This document shows positions 23,713-36,900 of a stretch of 64,000 nt of DNA, piece by piece. The stretch is from Schizochytrium sp. TIO01 (lineage: Eukaryota > Protista > Bigyra: Labyrinthulomycetes), in NCBI GenBank assembly GCA_004764695.1, contig SMSO01000032.1, positions 4,248,483 through 4,312,482 on the forward strand, in the 5' to 3' direction. The stretch's first letter is position 1. Each line of letters begins with the position of its first letter. The notes beneath the pieces are model-generated. The model had not been told where the DNA came from and searched no databases. It was given only the letters and a program-made list of their open reading frames with translations. Made by a program: the position numbers and the translations under genes.

Positions 23713-25967
23713 GATGATAAGCAATCAGGTGATCCTTTGTAAAGTTACGTAAGGCTAGCAAGTTGATAGGTATGTGAGCGATGCTATACGATGCGATGCG
23801 AACGAACAACACCTCAGGGCGTCGATCCGATCGCAGCGGAACTTGGCGGATCGCTGAGCAAAGCAGGACCTGAAAAAAACCGCAGAAAACTTCCCTTGCG
23901 GGCAGTGCGTGCTGTGGGTCTTGCGTCCGCAATCCGTCCGGTCGCTGCGCCTCGAGGCGGACTGGACTGTGCGCCTCCAAGTTTCTGCGCGAGGGCTGTG
24001 CCTGCTCTGTTTCTGTTTTGGTGATAACATTAACAAAATCAAGAAAGAAAACAACATCACCTCGAGGCACCGTCACTGTAGTACATTCGTACATACGGCG
24101 CCGCCTAATAGTAGTAGACATTCCCATATTCCCATCGCTGCTTCAACTTTATCCCAGACAAAATAAACATGTCATAGCTAGCTTCAGCAAAACTACGTAG
24201 TACCTTGGTAGCGCCTGCTAGCGCCTCGCTACGCTGTGTGCTTTCTCCTCCCGCTCGACAATCAAACGCGGAGTCCTACTTTTTACTCTAGCTAGCAGCC
24301 CCTCGTTCAGGGCGATGTTCTCCCTTCGTCTCTGCTGACTCGGAAGTCATTTCCGTATTCCCGCGCAATTTCACCAACTTCGAGTAAACATTCCACTTCC
24401 CGCCGCCTTCAATTCCACTTGTGTCTCCAATTCCCACTTCGCCCTCAAGTGCCTTAAGCACTGCCCATGTCGCCCCCTTTTGTCCCACTTCTGCAGCGCT
24501 ATACTCTACTGTACTTCTCCCCCGCAAGTGCAATGTTCGCCACCACAACTCGCCTATTCTACCTATAACCTACTGCGAGAGCGCCACTGAGACACACCAT
24601 ATTTGTCCATCAGCTTTCGAGAACAAGGAACTTCACAGAGGGGCTATGGTTTAGGCTATGCTGGCGGTTATCAGTGCGCTGTGAGGCGGTAACTTTTTCT
24701 TTCGCTTTTCTTTCATGCTCCTGCCCAGACGCAGGGGCCCCTCTAGACACCTCTGATGCGTCGCGAGTCTCGTGCGCGGACATAAACATGTCACAAGCTT
24801 GCATAATCAACTTGTCAGAGCAGAGGCTCTTGCTAAACCATTTGGAGGCCATTCCTGAATCCCTTGAAGTGAATAAACTCAGGCCACCACATTGGTACCT
24901 CTGCATTCCCAATTTTCGCACAATCGTGCATGGCAGGTAGGTAGGTAGGTGCCTTAGGTAACCTAGGTACCCAAGAAGAAGAAGCCGTCGGAATCATATG
25001 GTAGGCATGAACTATTTATTGCGCAGTTGCGTCTACCTAAAAGAGTATGCTGCAGCACGTGAGTCCAAACAGATTCCCAGCCGGCTGGAAGCTAGTAGCA
25101 GGAGGAGGTGTCGATCTTCAAAGCTGAGGTGGTCGCAGACGTCTCTTTTGTGGACGTCTCTTTTCTACCTGGAGAAGGCAACTTGAATGTTCCTGAAGAC
25201 CTCGGCTTTTTGCCCGAGTCGGCACTGCTCTTCGACCAGCAGCAGAGCATCCGTAGGGGGCACTTAGCATAAACTTAGGAGTAAAAATCCAATGATTGCG
25301 CGAAATTGCGATTCATCATTCGAGTCGGAATTTTGCGAAAAGGTATCTCACATCGCCGTTCGAGCTGCGATCCTCGGCCGCCGAAGTCTGGGATCCCGAG
25401 GGACCGCCGTTGAAAAGCGGCGAGGGAAGAAAACACCAACTTGGAATGCCTGCGACCTGTTGCAACGGGAGATGCCCGGCTCGTCCCGAGATCCTCGTCC
25501 CGAGCCTTCGCTGATCTTCTCCAATTCTGCGACTGACTGAGAAAATGAGATAACGCCTATCTGTGGTAGACTTCGATGAACCTTCATTCGTCTACGTCTG
25601 CGAGGCTCGTTTCAATTTCGTGTTACCCGAATCATGTGTAATTGGGCACCGTGTACGTCACCAGCACCACCAGCAAGAGCAGTCGAGGTTTTAGGACCCA
25701 ACGCGATGTCTTGTCCTGTTCGAAATGTTTAGCCGATCATCGAGTGATTAAACTCGGGTTTCTCGACGCCGTCACTGAGGAGGCAGCAGGCTAAAGTGAA
25801 GGAGACAGCCCCAACGGCTCTGGCTGGCACGCTTGCGGCCTCCACGGTTCCAGCGTCAGAGTTTTCGAAGCTCGTTTGGGCATTTGGAGTTGAGTTTTGT
25901 ATTTGAGAGCGGATTGGGTTTTGCATTTTCGAAACTTCGAATTCAATTCGAAATTTGAATTTTAAAA

Positions 25968-26028
25968 TTTTGACTTTTGACTTTTGACCTTTGACTTTTG
26001 ACTTTTACTTTTCAACTTTTGACTTTTG
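25968..26028. repeat. (TTTTGAC)n heptamer tandem array upstream of VKOR
   Basis: About 8 slightly degenerate copies visible. Confidence 0.85.
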
Positions 26029-26187
26029 GCGTTTCGATGCTATGGAGGTTTGAGCTAGATCCTGTTGCCGCTGCGGAAACCGACGAGGACCCCTGTTGAC
26101 CAGACGCAGTATCCAGCGAACCCACTTGCGTCGTCTTTGGTGGAAAGGAACCCTAGTAGCGCGGCAGGCAGCTTCGAGACTTGGCAA

Positions 26188-26706
26188 ATGGGCGCCCTGA
26201 GCTGGATCCCGCTGAGGGTACGCCTGGTGCAGCTGGATGCACTGGTCGGTATCCTTGTGAGCTTGTATGCCTTGAACGTGGAGTTGAACCTTCAAGCGTC
26301 ACCTTTCTATGAACCTTCCTGCAATGCCTTTGGTGGATCCTGCACCAAGGTGCTCACCTCATCATACGCCCACATCCTCTCTCACTGGGGTCTTGTGCCG
26401 AAGGGACACCCTCTCGACCTAAGCCTCGCGACCGCCGGCATTTTGCTTTACGCGACCTACTTCCTCGCCATCAGTTTGCCACGTCCATTCCCCTTTCGAG
26501 AGGTGCTCTTTCTGTCGGCGGCCGTAGCAGGCGGCTGCTTCTCTGTGTACCTCCTGTATGTAATCAAGTTCGTGCTCCACGACTTTTGCATCGTCTGCAC
26601 CAGTTTTCACGTCTGCAACTTCACAATGCTCGCTCTCGCTATCGCAGAGTTCCGCAGCCCGAGCGTGCCATGGGCGCGCCGCTCTATGGCTGCCAAACGA
26701 GACTAA
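26188..26706 (+). CDS. Vitamin K epoxide reductase (VKORC1-like) membrane oxidoreductase
   Basis: Loop cysteines CNAFGGSCTKVLTSSYA, four hydrophobic segments, active-site CIVC. First ATG at 26188 (172 aa). Confidence 0.92.
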   Translation: MGALSWIPLRVRLVQLDALVGILVSLYALNVELNLQASPFYEPSCNAFGGSCTKVLTSSYAHILSHWGLVPKGHPLDLSLATAGILLYATYFLAISLPRPFPFREVLFLSAAVAGGCFSVYLLYVIKFVLHDFCIVCTSFHVCNFTMLALAIAEFRSPSVPWARRSMAAKRD

Positions 26707-27567
26707 AATCTTTGCTCAAATTAGTGTAGTAGATCCTGTGCAGCTGTTTGACTTCTGCGGCGAGATCCTTTGCAGCCTTTAAAGAGACGTTCGTCGTCTT
26801 TCCCAATGGTTTTCTTATGTTTCTTGCGCTTTAGTGAAGAGAAATATCTTGATTGAGTTTTTGAACACTGTTGCGGGTTGTTGGACTTTAAGAAATCATT
26901 CAGATGCTTTACGTCGTCCTATGAGTTACGTCGCCTTGTGTGAACGGAAGAATAGGCAATTTGGGAAAACTGCAATGTTTCCTTTTCGCCACGTAGGACA
27001 TATTAAAGGAATGGGTTGAGATTCCGGGATGGGTTGAGATTCCGAATAATATCAAGTGAGTCACGGAGCAGTCAAGATCTAAGTCAATGAGTATTGTCTA
27101 ATCATGGCTTGTTGAGGAGATGCATCATATTGTATCCAATTGACTTTTTAAAATTAATCGTTTCCCATGGAGCAGAAAGTCCCCTAAGTAGGATGAAGTT
27201 GCTTTGCATCATGGTGAAGAAAAAAATATTTTTGTATATTATACTGGACCTTACATGTGGAGTATTCTCACTTGCAGATTGCAACATAACCTTTACATGC
27301 CATATGCTTGGTGCACTCTCAGAGGAAAGAAGGCTACTCAAAATAGGCTAGCCTGTTAAATTCTTCTTTGTATCTTTGAGATGGCGTCTTCAGGATCTTT
27401 TGCAGGGAAAATCTTAAAAAAATAAATATTCACAAGCCCTTGAAGTACCGTAGCATGGTTGGAAAGCATTTGGCTAGAATAACTGCGAAATCCAGACGAG
27501 GGGCTAAAACACAGCTATTGACACTCTTCATCAGTTATAAAATAACAACCTATGAGTTAATATGATG

Positions 27568-28731
27568 TCAGTTGTCAGTAGAGACCGTCTTTGGTGGAGC
27601 AAGCGGTTCGTTAAAAACTGTTTCCTGAAACACACGTTTAAGAATATCCATGTTAATCGACTTAACAACATCCACGTTTGCTTGGCCCTTTGGCTCATCA
27701 GGCGGATCTACAAACTCGCGGAGGTCCACAACAGTCATACCGCGAGTATGTTTTCCCGAAAGCTCAACACTCACATGGTGTGCTTCCGTGATAAAACCCT
27801 CGGGAGCAATGAGGCCAGCGACAGTACCTGCATCTCCAAGCACAGCCGTGTCCTTCTTCCACTGGCGCATTTCCCTATACATAAGCCTCGCGGCAAGCTC
27901 GGGTCCCGAATGTACACAATCATCAGGACCAGGGTCGTGCATACCAAAGCTTTCAAGCTCTGCGGTATTGAACTCCAAATCCAAGAAGCAATCCCACGGA
28001 TACATTGTGATTGGTACACCACTCGACAGCACAATGGAGGCTGCCTCGGGATCATACGCTGCGTTAGCTTCAGACCAAGCTTTATAATTACCGCCACGCG
28101 AGACGGCTCCGCCCATCCAATAGATACGCTTGACGCCGTTCCTAAAAGCATCTTCATCAAGTCTCAACGCCAGGGCAAGGTTTGTTAGCGGTGCGAGCGC
28201 CACAATTGTGAGTGGGTTTCCAGCATCTGCTCGCTCCCTAAGCAAGTTCACGAGCAAGGTGACTGCATGATCTTTGGAGGCAACTCGCTCGGGGTTTCTA
28301 GGCACCTTGGGCAGAAGGTCGCCAAGACAGTCATGGCCGTGGATGAACGGAGCTGCATGGCCAGGCTCTAGCAAGGGTTTCGCGCAACCCTTGGCGACAG
28401 GAAGATCTAAGGGAGCTTCTGAGGCGTCAAGGACTCTCAAAGTAGCGTCCACTACTGTATCTATCTCGCCGTTTCCTGCAACACAAGTCACAGCCACAAC
28501 ATTAATCTGTGGCGAACGCACAGCAAGAATTAGCGCCAGTGCATCGTCGACGCCGGTGTCCACATCGAGAACCACATCTTCCGTCATTGTCAAAGCGTTC
28601 TCGCCGTTTAGGGTCACGCTTTTGCACGTAGAGTGCAGCAACGCACAGCTCAAGTTCTGCCGTTGCTTGGCTTTGTTCGTGTATTGGTAAGCAAGACAGC
28701 CACTCTCAAACTCCTTTCTTAAATCCTCCAT
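27568..28731 (-). CDS. Inosine-uridine-preferring nucleoside hydrolase family protein (true start may be the ATG at 28587)
   Basis: LDVDTGVDDALA (DxDxxxDD Ca-binding motif), VTCVAGN, IHGHDCLGD, LAPLTNLALA, SEANAAYDPEAA, TRGMTVVD. Confidence 0.92.
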   Translation of the reverse strand: MEDLRKEFESGCLAYQYTNKAKQRQNLSCALLHSTCKSVTLNGENALTMTEDVVLDVDTGVDDALALILAVRSPQINVVAVTCVAGNGEIDTVVDATLRVLDASEAPLDLPVAKGCAKPLLEPGHAAPFIHGHDCLGDLLPKVPRNPERVASKDHAVTLLVNLLRERADAGNPLTIVALAPLTNLALALRLDEDAFRNGVKRIYWMGGAVSRGGNYKAWSEANAAYDPEAASIVLSSGVPITMYPWDCFLDLEFNTAELESFGMHDPGPDDCVHSGPELAARLMYREMRQWKKDTAVLGDAGTVAGLIAPEGFITEAHHVSVELSGKHTRGMTVVDLREFVDPPDEPKGQANVDVVKSINMDILKRVFQETVFNEPLAPPKTVSTDN

Positions 28732-29170
28732 AAATCTAACCTACAAGCTCTCCAGTATTGCTTAAAGTATCGATAGTAGCACGAATATCTGGTATGTTGG
28801 AATACTTGAGTATGCTTCTGAAATGTGCGTGCAAACATGGTGGGATGTAATGGTCAAACTCAAGAATGGGGCCTCGGATATTGTTGTGCTGTTAATTGTA
28901 GTCTTGAAATGCAGTGCTATAGGCCTCATATAGGATAGAGAGTATTTTACACTTTCTATTTTGTTTATTATAGAATATACAGTTTGATCGCTATAGGCTA
29001 TATGAATAGTCTACTTAAGTGAATTTTGATCTACTGTAGCGAGTTTCATGTAGAGTTGTGTATACTAAGTAGCTGTGCAATTAATTCTAATTGTCTGTCT
29101 ATCCATTGCGCCAGATCGTCAACGAAAAGCGCGCGAGCCGAGGAGCAAATAGCTTCCCGCAAACGCCACA

Positions 29171-30911
29171 ATGGACGCCGACCTGCTGCTGGACCCTAAG
29201 ATCAGGAACTGGGTGCTTATCCCAATCCTGATCATCATGCTGCTCGTGCAGATGTCTCGATCCTGGGTACGTTCGCTGCACTAAATCTAAGCTGTGACCA
29301 TGACAAACAACCAAAACTATACGCTCTTGCGGCCCGGCGCCAACGCTGCTAGCATTCTCAAAGTCATTGCCGCTTACAAATGCAGGAAGTGGGGATTTCC
29401 CCTTATCTATGTTCCGTTCCAGCCTCAGTTGCCGAGTTGGGAGGGCGTTGCGTGGCGGAGAAGGTGGTGAGCTGGCGCATTCTCAAGCTCAAGAGAACAA
29501 GAAAAATAGAAAGGAAGAATGAATGTATAGGAGCCCGAACAGAACTGATTTATCTTTTCCTTTCAGACATTGGGAATAGGCCGTCGGAGATGAAACGTAA
29601 ATGCCTAAGTTTGGGAGTTTCGTTGCGGCTGGCAAATTTAGAACGAGTTGAAGACTGACGTATATTGTTAATGCTGTGTACTTTTGTTCTTGTTTATCTA
29701 TTCTGACATGGATAATTCTGGCTTGGCTGGGATAATTTTGGTCGGGTTACAGGCACAAGTGTTGCTGAAGGGATCGACTCCACCTGAGCCGGAACAGTTC
29801 AAGCAGATGCAGTTGCTGCAGCGTGCTTCTCGTTTCCGTGCGAATAACCGCCTTCTGAGTAGCAGATCCTTCTTTATGCGCCGCGAGTTTCTCACAGGTA
29901 TCAAGGGCAAGGGCCTGCGCCAGAAGTTTGAGGGTGGTGCCCCGAACCCGATGCAGAACCCTGACGGCATGATGAACATGATGAAGGGTAACATGTCTAT
30001 GATGATTCCTAATATTGTACGTTTGGGACTGTTAAGGGTGCTTCTAGTCAATTGCCAGTCAATTGCGCAACACACAGCAACACGCTGGAAATGGATGCCC
30101 AGTCCTAGGAAACATGAAGACCTCTACAGTCATTTACTGCGTTCGCAACTTATTGCTATTATCCTCGGAGTGCACCTTGACATTTGTAGTGTGACGTTTT
30201 GGACTAGAAGCGCGCTCAATACTTGTAACTGACAGAAGACTAACCTATGCGTCTATTGACATAATGCTTTCTATTTCACTCCTTCCATGCATGTTGGCTC
30301 CCTCTAACACGTGCTTTACTTGTGAACGTGTTTCCTTATTGACCTCTTACATCGGCTTCTGCGCAATTGGTATTTTTTCACCATGACAAATTAAAATTGG
30401 TTCGATGCCGTGACAATGATACTATGATGACGCTACCAATGCTGATTTACATCAACATATTGGATGCTACCCTGTTGGATGTAATGCCTCTCTTGTCTGA
30501 TCTGGCGCTTATTTCTGAAAATCACAGCTGATGATGACAGGTATCTCATTTTTCTTTCAAGGTTTTGTAATGGTGAAGGTTCCCTTCATGTTGACAGAGG
30601 GCTTTAAGCAGATGCTCCAGCGCGATATCAGTCTGCAAAGCCTTGATACTAGCTACGTGAGTTCTCTTTCATGGTACTTTCTTGCGCTGTTTGGGTTGCG
30701 TGGCTTCTTCTCGCTTGTGCTTGGCGACCATTCGGTCAATGATGATACTAAGATCATGCAGCAGCAAATGGGCATGGGCGGTGCAAACCCGATGCAATTT
30801 GATGCGAACAAAGCTTACAAGCAGTCCCGCGATGGCATTAAGCAGATCCAGCACAACTTCTTCCTTGGTGAGCTTGAAGAGGAGTTCGTGCTTTTGCCCG
30901 TCAAGGCATAA
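29171..30911 (+). CDS. EMC3: ER membrane protein complex subunit 3 (EMC3/TMEM111), three exons: 29171-29266, 29753-30016, 30528-30911
   Basis: LLLDPKIRNWVLIPI, NPMQNPDGMMNMMKGNM, FQGFVMVKVPFMLTEGFKQMLQR, LDTSYVSSLSWYFL. Two phase-0 GTACGT...CAG introns give a continuous frame. Confidence 0.93.
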
Positions 30912-33900
30912 ATCGCCCCCTTTCGAGAAAACAACGTGTGTTCTGTTCGCGCCGCTGCCTTTACACCCACTTCACACACGCGTATACAACACTGCAGACG
31001 CAACTGGAAGCAATTAATAAAAGCAAGAGCGCGAACTTTTTGTCAAAGGCAGAAGCGAATCGAGTGGAGCTCACCGTAAGCGGCCTCTCGATTGATGAGA
31101 AGTGAAAAGGTCATCATTTTCATTCTTCGTATAAATATGCGACTCAGCGCACATGGCGCGACGAGATACCTCTAGGAGTAGTCTAATACTGCATCAAATA
31201 ATAATAAAAGTATATAAAAAGTTGAATTAAACTCCCACCACTTGAACACGATAGAGTACTTGAGATTCGTTATGCAAAAACCTTGAAAGCGTCCCATGAT
31301 GTTTTGAAGTGTGCAGAATGAGCTTTATATATACTATTTAAAAAAGAATAGAACTTAATAATTTATATATATATATAAAGCGTCAAGCGGTGTCACACGG
31401 CTCGCTCTTAACCTTTTCAAATCAAATTATGTGGAAAGAAAAGAAATGTTTCTGTCTAACATGTTTGAAATTCGTTTCTATATGATTTAAATAATTAAAC
31501 AATTAGCAGCTGAGCGGAGGCGGATTGGATGACTCTGTTTTACTTTCACTCCTCATGACATTTACCGGTGGTGAAAATTATAGAGTGATAAAATTAGCAT
31601 TCAATAGAACTATTGAATGTAAAGATATCGAATCATATTCAGTTTATGATCTTATTTTATTACTTCTAATATCGCATTTGAGAAGTTTTAAAATCAGGGT
31701 TAAATCAATTCGGTAGCGCAGTGGCCGTCATGTTTTGCAATCGCATTTCGATGGAGGATATATTTTCGAGGTTTGCGTAGGTATACATACTTTTAATGCA
31801 ACAAAGAAGATAAGTTTTGATTACAAGAATGTTGATCGGTGCGAATTTTGGTGAAGAAAATAACTTCTAAGCAAAGTATAGGGTAAAATGTTAAAGTATG
31901 CTGAGTATATGTGGTAATAAAGAATAGTTTCTTTGGAAAAACCGAAGGCTTAGACTGAAAGTAATGCGTTGCGCAGTTGAAAAATGTGTGTAAATTTAAG
32001 TTTTCACTGGCGATGCTGGCTTGAAAATATTCGCTTAATAATTGTTAACAAGATTCTTTCTGAAATCATTGTTTGATCGACATAAAGTTTTACATGCAAC
32101 AGCAGGTTTGGACATATAGTCTCAACTTGCTGTTCAAGTTGGCAAAGGTGTAAGACTTAATAAACATAAAAGAATCACCTAGCATTGTTTATGAATGTGA
32201 CCTTCGGCATCGTCATCTTCTAAGAGTAATCAGCAAACATTTTGCAAGAATGTTTTTTAAAGGAGTGATGGCCAGGACTTCAAGATTGTTTTCTACCATC
32301 TACTTAGAAGTTTCTGTTCCAGAACTGAAGAAATTGTTGTGTTGTAAAACGATGGTAGTAATTCAATTTAGTGCAAGAGTACAACCTGCACATCTCTCTT
32401 GTCCAGTCGATTCTGGCCCCTCGCAAGGAGTTTGAAAACTGATTATGCGTTGAATTTGTTTAAATAGAAAGAAACATCTTGTTCATGAACATTTAAATAG
32501 GGAAATGAAGGCTTGATCAAGGATGCTCTGACATTGCAAAAAGGTTTTAGCTAACAAGTAGCTGGTCGTCTTGAGGCCAACCAGACTCAATGATCTACCG
32601 ACGTCACTCATATACAGTGTTTCAAAGTTATTCTCACTGCTATAAGTATAAGCACCATCTGACGTTCATCGCGTATATCTCAATCTGCGTATGGTAGGGC
32701 TTCAAGTTGTTTCTAAGATGCGAGAGAGAGGTCTTACAAATGGGTTGCTCAAAAGATTTTGCTGGTTCTTACGGATTTTTAATTTCGATGAAAGAAAAAG
32801 AAAGAACTTAGAAAAAAGATTTAAAAATTAGATAAAGTAAAAATAGTATAAAAATTGAACCACTGTATTTCACTTTTCTTTAATTAAAAAAAAAAATACA
32901 ATGGCCTAAAGTAAAGTAAAGTGTAAAATATTGACATTTTCCAAAATAATTAATCTCATACGACTTTAAAATATACACCTAAATATATAACGACAACTAA
33001 AAACAAACAATCTTTAAAACTCTTTTTTAAAAAATCCAATACTTTTCAAGTAGTAGATAGGAGTCTGTTAGCCAATTGTGGATGTATGTCGGACGATGTT
33101 GCAGAATCACTAAAAGGAATAAGAAAGGACTTTTGAATACAGGCTTCCATTCTTACGCTACTCAGCAAAATTGGTTGTCGCAAATGGGTTGTGCTGGTTG
33201 GATTTCATCTCAAGGACTAGCATAGAGTCATAGCCGTATGCTCCATTTGAAATCAGACTATTGTGAGTCTTTTCTCTATTAAAAACTGCGGGCCCTGATG
33301 CAAGTTCAATGCTTGTAGGTTGGAGGCCTCATAGTATGCCATTTCTATCGGTGCGAGCTTTTTTTTAAAAGTCCCCGCCGAAGATGTTTTATTAGTTCAG
33401 CAGACTGCCAACCCTGCCAGGAAATCATTGCAATCGCACCAATCCAAAACTGCTAATTTGGATAGGTATAAAGAGATTTCCAGCCTGGACCGAAATTTCG
33501 AGCTTATCAATCAAAAGAAAGCCCTTCCACTCGATCATCTGAAGGTGGGTACATACATCATCGGCCAACTTCTCTTAGTAGCCTGAAAACTTATGATATA
33601 AAGGTATACCTGACTCGAGCTACCAACCGAAAGTGTGAACAACCACATTTTCTTGAAAACCAGTGCCCTCAGGAAGGCTCTGTTTCCCTAATTCTCTCTT
33701 GATTGGCTGATTGGTGGATTGGTGGAGCAATTGATTGATCAATTGGTTGGTTGATGGGGGGATTGATGGATTGATAAAGCGAAGGATTGATGAATTAATG
33801 GATTCGTAGATTAGTTGATCTATTTCTTCTGATTGAAGCTCTTTTTTAAATGGGTAGTACCTAGAGCAGAAATACATGCAAATGTCATGGTGTTTTCTTC

Positions 33901-36900
33901 TAAGTTCCAACTCAGGCGCGCAGACTGACTTTCAGGACAACCAAAATTCGCTCGGCATGGTAAGTAGTAAGTAGTTGCGCTAACTCAAAGCAATGGTTGC
34001 TGCAACGCAAAATCCAGGCGGAGGCGCGGCGGGAACTCAACACAGGTAAGCTAATAAAGTCATATGTTCCAAGAGCCTCTTGCGCTGGGATTTGGCGAAA
34101 GCGTTTTTCGGCGTACGTGCCTACTGAGGCAGTTTCTCTCACATCTTGATCTTCAATTGTTTTTCAAGAACAAAGTTGATTGTCGATTCCCTCCAAACCA
34201 GGCTTGTCTCCATCAGCGAACATACCTCGAAGCAACCTCGTCAATTCTCTAGAGACTAAAAGCAATTAGATCAGCTTTTCAAGAGCATTACGAGCTAGCT
34301 TTTGGCACATTCACTTTCAAGAGAAATTGAAGTGTACTCGGTACCAGCTCTACGATGTTTAATGTCTTTTTCAAGTTCGCAGATAGAAACCTACTGCTAG
34401 AGCTACATGGGTGGCAACAGTCTCGCTGTTCTTGTATCGTTACGAACAGGAGAGATTGCGACTGAAAGGGAGCTAGCGGCCCCGATCGGTGCTCGCTTCG
34501 CCGCCCGCACCTCCCTCCTTTAGGACTTCTGACTAATCCATCAATGGTCGGCCTGCCGATCGGTGGAGGCTGGAAGTTTTCAAGACGCTTGATGTGCGAG
34601 TGCAGCTACAGATATAGTGCTCCAACTTGTAGAAATGGCAGCACGCTTGCGCAACGCATTCGCCAGCTGCCAAAAGCCGAAGGATGCACCACCTCCCTTT
34701 AAGTAAAAACAGCATGGTTTTCATGTAAAAAGGAAACATGTGTTTGTCTGATCTTAGAGGAAGAGGACAATCATGGCGATTCGCACACTGTCGATCAACT
34801 TAGCCATTGACCGGGCAGGCATGTTCCGAGCAAGAGCCTGCGAACGAACGAACTTCTTACGAAAACTACGTTTATCGAAAGGTTGATGCATAGGTACCTA
34901 CCACTAAAATATATCTGCAAAGAAAGGCTTTCCCACGATCTTTCGAAGATCCTTGCTTGTGGTTGTATTTTTCTTCTATTAGCTAAACGCCATCTGTTGC
35001 TAAACCAACCCTAGCGTATTCTTGGAGACACGACAAGAGTAAACAGTGCTTCATTCCCTTAATTCTCCATAACTGTGTTGCATTACAACAACTACTCTGT
35101 CATACTAGGCATTTCAAAGTGTTATTTGAGTACAGCTCGTGCTCAAAACATTGTTTCTTGTCAGAGGTAAGGTAAGGTTGATAAAGGGAAATGTGTATTA
35201 CTATCTATGATTAAAAACGAGAATCACTTCTTGGGTTGGTGGCAGGATAGCCAGAATAAAGAACTGTACCTCGATTATATGGTGGAGCAGATAAAGCAAC
35301 GACTTATTATGTATATCACTGAGTAGTCAGATACAAGCTGGATGTGTCTCCTCTCAGATGGTTCGTGTTGAATTTTTACGGCTTTTTCAAAACCAGAAGC
35401 AAGCGTGAGTCAGACGGGCCCGCCACTCCCGTGCCAAATCGTGATTCTTAAGTCTGAGGATTATGAGAAACATGACGGGAAACAGAACGTGTACGAAGGT
35501 TTCATTCTATCTCTAGATAGAGTTTCGATGAAATATACCGCACAAACTGCACTGCTCATGAGGCTTATCTTTTTGCCATAAGAATAGAATTTTTGAAGTT
35601 AAAAAAATAAAAAATAAAAAGCTTATTAATTTAAATGTTTTAAAGATATGAACCAGAAGTAGACTATATATTTACATATACAAATATTTATTAAAGGAAA
35701 TAAAAAACATACAGATCTGAAATAATAAGAAGTAAAAGTTTTCCCACGACGACCACACCGAAACCCTTTTTGATTAAAAAAAGTGATTAGTTTTTTAAAA
35801 TGTATATTTGAATAAAAAAAGAAAAGAAAAAGAAGATAGAACATAAAGAGAGATGGAATGGAATCATGAAGAAAATAAATTCTAACATCTGAGCGAGCGC
35901 GGAAGTCGCCGGCAGTTTCGAAGCTGTCGGACGCTGTAAAATGCGCTCGCTTGATTTGAACGATCCCAGTCTTCCTCAGCCCATGCATCTGCTGCCAAGC
36001 TCATTTACATTCCCCATTGATTCGCATGCCTCTCGCACTTTACTTTTGATCTGTGTTTTGACGGAGTTTTTTCAATTTCATCCTTCAATCTCTCTCTCTT
36101 TTCTGTGGCGCTTTGCTTCCTATAGGGACAGACTGTCTGTCTGTCTTATTCTTAAGTGCAAGACACCCATCGTACCCCCCGAGAAGTTGCGTTGCGCTGG
36201 TAGTAGTAAAGGAAAGAAGGAAGGCCTATGAAAGAACCAATGCTTTTTTGGGGTTGATAGATAACAAAAAGTCAAAAAGCGGGATGAACCTTGAGCTTGT
36301 GGTAAAAAGAGAGCAAGCGAAAGAGTGAAGGGGAAACGAGAGTGTTGATTGCGTTGCGCTGATTGCGTTGCGCAGTTTCTTACCTCAACGTCTGCTTCTC
36401 TGTGAATCGTGAAAACTTGGCTTCTAGCTGCAGCAGGTACCGCGGCCGCGAGAGAGGCTGAAGATGATGGATTACGTTCTTCATGGGCGGGAGAAAGCAA
36501 ACCACCTCGCCAACCATGATCCCTCACAGAGAGGTTCATGCAAATCCTTGAAGGTATTTACTACCTAATACCTTCTCATTTTTGCGCTAATTTTTCTCAC
36601 AAAATAAAAAAATGAGAACCTCTTATCAATCACGATAAGAACAGCGAATTTAGACTGTAACAGGTTGCTCGTGAAATGTGAAAAAGACTGCCAACAATGG
36701 AATCGGCGCTCAGCATGCTGCGTCGAGCAGAGCTTGAAGGGGACTATCTCTTGCACTTCTAACGACGAGTATTACTGGAGCTAGAATGTGGTCAGCTTAC
36801 TTCATACTATTGCGTTCCCACCATACAAATTAGTCTCTTCAACCTTTTGTCGCAAAAAACAAACTTTAAGTCTCGAAACCTACTATCTCTTTCGAGCAGG

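Noticed and set aside
23713-24300. Possible FMN riboswitch upstream of ribA
   Set aside because: No RFN consensus elements seen, and this class is not established in eukaryotes.
25926-25962. TTCGAA-rich stretch resembling a heat-shock element
   Set aside because: Spacing does not give three alternating nGAAn units.
27562-28188. 208-aa plus-strand ORF
   Set aside because: Antisense to the nucleoside hydrolase, no recognisable features.
10450-28731. A light/UV-stress gene cluster (AlkB, LOV-ribA, VKOR, nucleoside hydrolase)
   Set aside because: Interspersed with unrelated housekeeping genes in mixed orientation; no sequence evidence for a functional cluster.
31712-31780. GGTAGCGCAGTGG, tRNA A-box-like
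   Set aside because: No T-loop GTTCRA or cloverleaf follows.
34489-34500. GTGCTCGCTTCG, identical to the 5-prime end of vertebrate U6 snRNA
   Set aside because: Match stops after 12 nt; no ACAGAGA box or other U6 core downstream.
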